From: a virus
IMG/VR virus record: IMGVR_UViG_3300045988_124798
Location: 1-53,660 of that record
Direction: 5' to 3' (one strand)
DNA length: 53,660 nucleotides
Shown: positions 48,523-53,660 of the stretch, piece after piece
Layout: the number at the start of each line of letters is the position of its first letter
Numbering within the stretch: the first letter of the stretch is position 1
Notes under the pieces: model-generated
Database searches by the model: none
The model's input: the letters and a program-made list of their open reading frames with translations, nothing else
Told to the model about the DNA's origin: nothing
Translations under genes and position numbers: made by a program

Positions 48523-48658
48523 CTGCGATTTCATAACTTGTAGATACAACAAAGACAGTAAATGCACCGATACTGATAAACGAAAAGAATGTGTTAAAAT
48601 TGCAAAACTGGTATTATGCAAGGATTTTGCCTATGAGAGAGAAATCGATAACAGGTAA
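48515..48658 (+). CDS. Small Cys-motif ORF (47 aa; C..CRYNK..C....RKECV family)
   Basis: MNNCDFITCRYNKDSKCTDTDKRKECVKIAKLVL.... The motif is repeated in the 48818-49048 product. Confidence 0.35.
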   Translation: MNNCDFITCRYNKDSKCTDTDKRKECVKIAKLVLCKDFAYEREIDNR

Positions 48659-48818
48659 ATACATAGGGAACGCAATAGGATACTGTCACTGTAAGGCTCA
48701 TACTGGGGCGTTAAACAAGGAGCTTGCTTATAAGCATAAATGTATCGCAAAGCGGTGCAAATGGCTTGAGAAGTACAATGATGAAGCGTGGAGAAGAAAA
48801 GAAAGGTATGTGCGGTAA
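48633..48818 (+). CDS. Hypothetical Cys/His-containing small protein
   Basis: MREKSITGKYIGNAIGYCHCKAHTGALNKELAYKHKCIAKRCKWLEKY.... Confidence 0.35.
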   Translation: MREKSITGKYIGNAIGYCHCKAHTGALNKELAYKHKCIAKRCKWLEKYNDEAWRRKERYVR

Positions 48819-49048
48819 TGAAAAGTAAAACACTTGAAGAATTGGTAGAAGAAGCTGTTGATGATGCGCTGAGCAACGTTGAAATTAGCGGCGTTCATTT
48901 CAGAGAGTTTGTTGAAAAATTCGGAAACGCCCACGAAAATACGAAATGCAATTTATCTATTTGTAGATATAACAAATGTAGAAACTGCATAGACAATGAA
49001 GCCCGCAAGGAGTGTGTAACTACATTAAAATCTCTTTTTGGAATTTGA
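48818..49048 (+). CDS. Hypothetical (C-terminal CRYNKCRNC....RKECV motif)
   Basis: TAATG overlap with the previous ORF. 76 aa. Confidence 0.45.
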   Translation: MKSKTLEELVEEAVDDALSNVEISGVHFREFVEKFGNAHENTKCNLSICRYNKCRNCIDNEARKECVTTLKSLFGI

Positions 49049-49067
49049 AATAAACGGAGGAAATGAT

Positions 49068-49457
49068 ATGAAAAAATTATTCGTAAGCGTACCGATGAAA
49101 GGCAGAACAGAGGAAGAAATCAAAGCAAGCATTCAGAAAATGAAGAAAATTGCAGAAATATACGAAGGCGAAGAATTTGAATTGATTGATAGTTATATTG
49201 AGGACAATCCACCTAAAGGAAATAACGAAGCAATATTCTATCTTGGAGAAAGCATTAAGAAATTGGCACAAGCAGATGTATTTATTGGCATTTGTCAATT
49301 TCATGACTGGAACGGATGCGAGATTGAAAGAAGCGTAGCTTTAAGATACGGAATTAAGACCTATGAAATTCCGGCAAAATATGTAATTGCAAATTATAAT
49401 GCCATTTATAACGCCATTCTTAATAAATTGCAGAACAATTTAGTGCCGAAAGATTAA
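49068..49457 (+). CDS. Nucleoside 2-deoxyribosyltransferase-like / DUF4406-like protein (second copy of this fold, tentative)
   Basis: MKKLFVSVPMKGRTEEEI...LAQADVFIGI....WNGCEIERSVALRYGIKTYEI. Confidence 0.4.
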   Translation: MKKLFVSVPMKGRTEEEIKASIQKMKKIAEIYEGEEFELIDSYIEDNPPKGNNEAIFYLGESIKKLAQADVFIGICQFHDWNGCEIERSVALRYGIKTYEIPAKYVIANYNAIYNAILNKLQNNLVPKD

Positions 49458-49464
49458 AGAAATT

Positions 49465-49489
49465 GTAGGTTCGATTCCTACTGACTGCG
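49465..49489 (+). other. Isolated tRNA T-arm/acceptor-like fragment
   Basis: gtagg-ttcgatt-cctac followed by tgactgc g. No convincing D or anticodon arms upstream. Confidence 0.4.
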
Positions 49490-49504
49490 TCAAGGAAGGA
49501 GAGT

Positions 49505-49807
49505 ATGATGCACATGAAAAAAAGAATTATTAGTCTGTTCGCAATCGCTTGTATTTTGGTTTGCACAATAATTGGAGCAACTGGTTGTTCAACCATTGAC
49601 AGAACAGTTGTAAACATTAAAAGCGACATATCTGGAGGGTTGCAGAGAACCATTACTGTGTATACAGCGGATGGAAAGAAAATAGCAAATTATGAAGGGA
49701 AAATCGATATTGATACAAACGACGGCGGTTATGTTAAATTTGATTTTGATGGGAAAAGATATATTTATTACAACTGCTTTGTGGAAACCATTGCAGACAT
49801 AAACTAA
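49505..49807 (+). CDS. Small lipoprotein
   Basis: MKKRIISLFAIACILVCTIIGATGCST signal with lipobox. Sits directly upstream of terL. Confidence 0.6.
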   Translation: MMHMKKRIISLFAIACILVCTIIGATGCSTIDRTVVNIKSDISGGLQRTITVYTADGKKIANYEGKIDIDTNDGGYVKFDFDGKRYIYYNCFVETIADIN

Positions 49808-49911
49808 AAACAATTACCGACTAACAACTTGGAAGTTAGCCGCTAACCCTAAACATCTGAGGGCAAAGGATTTTTGCACCTTTGCTTATTTGAGCGGAGG
49901 TGCTTTTTTTA

Positions 49912-51654
49912 ATGGCAAGTTTTGAATTGATGAGTGCCGTACAGGAATACGAAGAATATATAAAAACAAATGGAATCGATGAGCGAGTTATTGATGCGTA
50001 TTGCGAAGCTGTCAAAACCGCTGTTGTAAACGAGAAGGATATTGAGTACGGGCTTAAAATCTCAAAAAGGTGTAAGGAAATCATTGAAACATTTTGTATT
50101 ACTACTTCTGGCGGTACAATTTGGGATTTGGAAAAATACTCCTTCAAAGAAAAAGTAAGCTATGAAATTATAGAGAAATTTTATTCCATCTTGCTTATAG
50201 AGGCACAGAATAAGGTTGTTGATAGTTTCTTTCGGTATATCGAACACAAAAGAGAGCCGAAAGAACGATTTTATATGCCGAGAAGAAAACAGTTTTTGAA
50301 AATCGGTCTGATGGATGCACTGCAAGGGATGATTGATGATAAGTATGATATTTTGTGCATCAGTCTAATTCCTGGCGCTGGGAAAACAACTATCGAGAAA
50401 TTCTTTAATGCGGCGGTCATTGGTTGGTTTCCGAAAGATTTTAACCTCTTTTATTCTCATAGTGGGGATATTACGAGGATGTACTACGATGGCGTATACG
50501 ATATTGTCACAAATGTGGACGATTACGCATGGAACGAGATATTTCCAAACCTACACGTTACCGGCACAAATGCAAAGACAGAACAATTCAATGTCGGGAA
50601 GTATAAGCCGTTCCCTTCTGTACAATGCACATCCGTAGGAAGTAAAAATGCCGGTAAGGTAAGAGCATCGAAGTTTCTTCTGGTTGACGATATGATAGGC
50701 GGCATTGAGGAGGCTATGAATCCAATTATCCTTGATAAGCTATGGAATAAATACTCAGTTGATGCGAGACAGAGAAAAATACAGGATTCCGAAGGTAAAA
50801 ACTGCAAGGAAATACATATTGCTACACGATGGTCTGTACATGATGTTATCGGACGTATCCAAAATATGTACGTAGGAAATCCGAGGGTTAAAACAATAGC
50901 GGTACCTGATATCGACCCGATTACGCAAGAAAGCAATTTCGATTATGAATTTTCTGGGTTCACAAAAGAATTTTTTGAGGACCAGCAGCTATTAATGGAC
51001 GATATTTCGTACCGCTGCCTGTATAAGCAGGAACCCATTGAGCGTGAGGGGTTGGTTTTCCCCGAAGATAAGATACGAAGATACCTAAATCTCCCACATG
51101 GCGAGCCGGAAATTATTACTGCACAGTGCGACACAAAAGGAAAAGGAACGGACTATTTTGTTCTGCCAATCCTGCAAAAATACGGAGATGACTATTACTG
51201 CGTTGATTGCGTTTGCGATAATACTGCGGACTATGAAATGCAGTATGAAAATGCTGCTAACGCTTTGGCGAATAACAAAGTGCAGGAGTGCGAATTTGAG
51301 CGAAACGCAGGCGGAGATAGGGTTGCTATGGAAGTGAATAAGCGTGTAGAGGCTAAAGGTTGGATTTGCAATATTACAGATACGCCCACCGAAACGAACA
51401 AAGAAGCAAGAATCTTCCAGTGTTCCAACTGGATATTGCAGCACGTTATTTTCAAGGACGAATCCATGTATTCCCCAAAAGAGCCTTACGGAGTAATGAT
51501 GTCACTTTTGAAACGATATTCTGTAAGCAGCAAGAAACAGTTTGATGACGTTCCAGACGTTTTTTCCAACTTTGCGGTAAGAATCACAAAGGGAAACAGG
51601 ATTGCGAAGGTAGAGGCAACCAGAAATCCGTTTAGAGGAGGCGTATATTATTGA
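49912..51654 (+). CDS. terL: Terminase large subunit
   Basis: ATG at 49912 lies 10 nt after GGAGGTG. Walker A-like SLIPGAGKTT, Walker B LLVDDMIGG, C-terminal nuclease-size domain. Confidence 0.85.
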   Translation: MASFELMSAVQEYEEYIKTNGIDERVIDAYCEAVKTAVVNEKDIEYGLKISKRCKEIIETFCITTSGGTIWDLEKYSFKEKVSYEIIEKFYSILLIEAQNKVVDSFFRYIEHKREPKERFYMPRRKQFLKIGLMDALQGMIDDKYDILCISLIPGAGKTTIEKFFNAAVIGWFPKDFNLFYSHSGDITRMYYDGVYDIVTNVDDYAWNEIFPNLHVTGTNAKTEQFNVGKYKPFPSVQCTSVGSKNAGKVRASKFLLVDDMIGGIEEAMNPIILDKLWNKYSVDARQRKIQDSEGKNCKEIHIATRWSVHDVIGRIQNMYVGNPRVKTIAVPDIDPITQESNFDYEFSGFTKEFFEDQQLLMDDISYRCLYKQEPIEREGLVFPEDKIRRYLNLPHGEPEIITAQCDTKGKGTDYFVLPILQKYGDDYYCVDCVCDNTADYEMQYENAANALANNKVQECEFERNAGGDRVAMEVNKRVEAKGWICNITDTPTETNKEARIFQCSNWILQHVIFKDESMYSPKEPYGVMMSLLKRYSVSSKKQFDDVPDVFSNFAVRITKGNRIAKVEATRNPFRGGVYY

Positions 51655-52079
51655 CAAAGGAAATATTGAAACAATACACAGACCTCCAACAAGAATGTGA
51701 CGAGGTAAGAGAAAAGATAGCAATTCTTGAGCGGCAGATTATAAAGATTGAACAGGAAGGAACCGTTCTTGACAAAGTGTCTGGCGGCGTTGGGGGATTG
51801 GAAACATTTGTCATTGAGGGTTTCCCTTATCCAGAATATAACAGGAAAAAAGCGTTGCTTTACTCAAGGAAAGCTACACTGTGCGAACTTGAATTAGAAC
51901 TGTTGGAAACGATAAACAAAGTTGAATCTTTTATAGCGGATATAAACGATAGTCACATGAGGCGAATTATCCGTCTTAGATTTGTTGACGGTCTGTCTTG
52001 GGCTGATGTTGCAAGAAGGGTTGGCGGCAATACAGAGGATAGCGTAAAGAAAATGTTCTACCGCTTTCTTGAAAATTAG
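51651..52079 (+). CDS. Sigma-70 region-4-like HTH protein with N-terminal coiled coil (late transcription regulator candidate)
   Basis: C-terminus MRRIIRLRFVDGLSWADVARRVGGNTEDSVKKMFYRFLEN is a region-4.2-type HTH. TTG start overlaps the terL stop. Confidence 0.55.
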   Translation: MTKEILKQYTDLQQECDEVREKIAILERQIIKIEQEGTVLDKVSGGVGGLETFVIEGFPYPEYNRKKALLYSRKATLCELELELLETINKVESFIADINDSHMRRIIRLRFVDGLSWADVARRVGGNTEDSVKKMFYRFLEN

Positions 52080-52108
52080 AAAGTTGTCCCGAATGTCCCG
52101 AAAAAGTG

Positions 52109-52117
52109 TGGTATATT
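52109..52117 (+). promoter_or_regulatory. Extended -10 element TGGTATATT
   Basis: TGnTATATT, preceded by TTGTCC at 52084-89 (spacer 22, so the -35 is doubtful). Confidence 0.35.
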
Positions 52118-52144
52118 TATAATAAAGAAATATGCAAGCAGACG

Positions 52145-52181
52145 AACACCGATTTTTGTCGGTGTTTTTTGTTTTGTTTTT
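52145..52181 (+). terminator. Rho-independent terminator between the sigma-like gene and portal
   Basis: aacaccga-tttttg-tcggtgtt followed by ttttgttttgtttttt. Confidence 0.7.
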
Positions 52182-52197
52182 TATCGGGAGGTGCCGT

Positions 52198-53625
52198 ATG
52201 AATAATAGAATGACGTTTCAAGAGATTGTTCGCGGACAGTATGGAAGAAAAATTGCATACACGAATGTTGATAAAATAACGCCGGATAACATTGTTAGCG
52301 TTGTCGGGGGATGTATAGGCGTTTTCAATGCAAACAAAACAGCCATTGAATACCTTTGGAATTACTACAAGGGAGACCAGCCGATACGTTATCGCAAAAA
52401 GATTGTCCGAGAGGATATCGTAAATAAGGTCGTTGAAAACCACGCATACGAAATCGTACAGTTCAAGGTCGGTCAGACCTACGGCGAGCCTGTGCAGTTT
52501 GTTAGCCGCAAGGATGATGAGCGGATAAACAAGGCTGTAGATATTCTGAATGATTACATGGTGGATGTTGATAAACAGTCAAAGGATATTAAGTCTGGAG
52601 AATGGCAGTCGGCAACGGGCACATCATTTAAGGCTGCGCAGTTTTCGGATGGAGATATTAAATTTCGCATTGTATCCCCCACTCCACTGAACACGTTTGT
52701 GATTTATAACGCAAACACAGAAGAGCCGATTTTAGCGGTGCAGGAATCGAAGGACAGGAACGGAAAAATGTATAAGCGGTGCTTTACGGGCACACATTCT
52801 TGCAAAATATATGATTCTACTGTTACGGATTGGGAACTTCATGCTTTCGGTGGTATACCGATTATTGAATACCCGAATAACCATGAAAGACTTTCGGATA
52901 TTGAGCTTGTTATTGACATTCTGGATTCCATTAACAATATGCAATCAAACCGCATGGATTCCATTGAACAGTTTGTGCAATCGTGGATAAAATTTGTAAA
53001 CTGCGATATTGATTCGGAAGAATTTGAAAAAATGAAAATGCAGGGCGCATTGGTTGTTAAGTCGAACAATGGCGAAAACAAAGCGGATGTCGATATTATG
53101 ACACAGGAATTGAACCAGACGGAATCACAGGTCGCAAAGGATGACCTGTGGGACAACGCCCTTTCCATTCTCGCCATTCCGAATAAAAACAACAATAACT
53201 CTGGCGGAGATACGCAGGGGGCGGTGCAGCTTCGTAATGGTTGGGATTTCTCCAAGACGAGAGCGAAACTGAAAGACCCCATTGTAAAATCGGCAGAGAA
53301 ACGCCTTGCAAAAGTTGTGCTGAATATCATACGCATTAAGCATGAAGATTTAGGCATTACCACAAGGGATTTTGATGTGCAGATAAACCATAGTCCGCAG
53401 GACAATATGTATACAAAATCACAGACACTTTATCAGCTGTTGCAGGCAGGAATACACCCTCTTATCGCAGTTAAGACAGTTGGTCTGTGGGGAGATTCTG
53501 AAAAAACATTCCTTCTTTCTAAGCCTTATATGGATGCTTTGTGGCAGACAGCAGAAGAAAAGGAAGAACAGGAGCGTAAGGCAGCGGAGATTGTGAAACA
53601 GTCTCAAGCGGTTGCAAAAGAATAA
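52198..53625 (+). CDS. Portal protein (SPP1 Gp6-like)
   Basis: ATG at 52198 after GGGAGGTG. About 475 aa. ...AIEYLWNYYKGDQPIRYRKKIVREDIVNKVVENHAYEIVQFKVGQTYGEP is a typical Gp6-like N-terminal region. Confidence 0.85.
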   Translation: MNNRMTFQEIVRGQYGRKIAYTNVDKITPDNIVSVVGGCIGVFNANKTAIEYLWNYYKGDQPIRYRKKIVREDIVNKVVENHAYEIVQFKVGQTYGEPVQFVSRKDDERINKAVDILNDYMVDVDKQSKDIKSGEWQSATGTSFKAAQFSDGDIKFRIVSPTPLNTFVIYNANTEEPILAVQESKDRNGKMYKRCFTGTHSCKIYDSTVTDWELHAFGGIPIIEYPNNHERLSDIELVIDILDSINNMQSNRMDSIEQFVQSWIKFVNCDIDSEEFEKMKMQGALVVKSNNGENKADVDIMTQELNQTESQVAKDDLWDNALSILAIPNKNNNNSGGDTQGAVQLRNGWDFSKTRAKLKDPIVKSAEKRLAKVVLNIIRIKHEDLGITTRDFDVQINHSPQDNMYTKSQTLYQLLQAGIHPLIAVKTVGLWGDSEKTFLLSKPYMDALWQTAEEKEEQERKAAEIVKQSQAVAKE

Positions 53626-53660
53626 AGAGGTGGTTTCATGTCAAGAATCCCAAATGATGA

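Overview
The window is one complete, circularly closed phage genome: nt 1-55 repeat exactly at 53606-53660, so the unique length is 53605 bp. It looks like a temperate siphovirus-like phage (long non-contractile tail) of a Gram-positive, probably Clostridia-type host. The host guess rests on Cu-amine-oxidase-N-type wall-binding domains, an NlpC/P60 endolysin, an LL-H holin and Firmicutes-style RBSs and promoters. The late genes are on the plus strand, running from about 43.9 kb, across the junction, to 16.7 kb. In order they are: an Arc/RHH regulator, an HTH protein, TerS, a 4-kb tRNA/small-gene island, TerL, a sigma-r4-like regulator and portal. After the junction come head morphogenesis, scaffold, major capsid, connectors, major tail, the G/G-T chaperones (-1 frameshift at T_TTT_TTT, 6533-6539), tape measure, tail tip/fibres, holin, an HNH homing endonuclease and the endolysin. 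The early genes are on the minus strand, from 37.6 kb down to 16.8 kb. They include a consensus early promoter, micro-ORFs, a Bro-N/KilAC antirepressor, an SbcC-like ATPase, a RecT-like protein, an MBL hydrolase, SSB and a GIY-YIG nuclease. Further along are DUF4406, a large C5-methyltransferase, the replisome organizer, a G39P-like loader, an Xis-like protein and the tyrosine integrase with attP arm repeats. The strand ends with a seven-gene low-complexity cargo cluster and a small HExxH protein. A second minus-strand block (43.6 to 38.8 kb) carries exported, membrane and lipoprotein genes, two RHH regulators with operators, and an ORF6N protein. The items most worth follow-up are: (1) the cargo cluster at 17.2-20.3 kb; (2) the envelope-protein island at 40.3-43.6 kb; (3) the ORF-free structured tRNA region at 46.7-47.9 kb that splits terS from terL; (4) the promoter-leader-terminator cassette with ACTAGTAA boxes upstream of terS; (5) an in-frame TGA in the endolysin next to the HNH gene; (6) a switch region with tandem convergent overlapping gene pairs and an Fst-like peptide. 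All functional calls come from motifs I recognise by eye. No database search was run.
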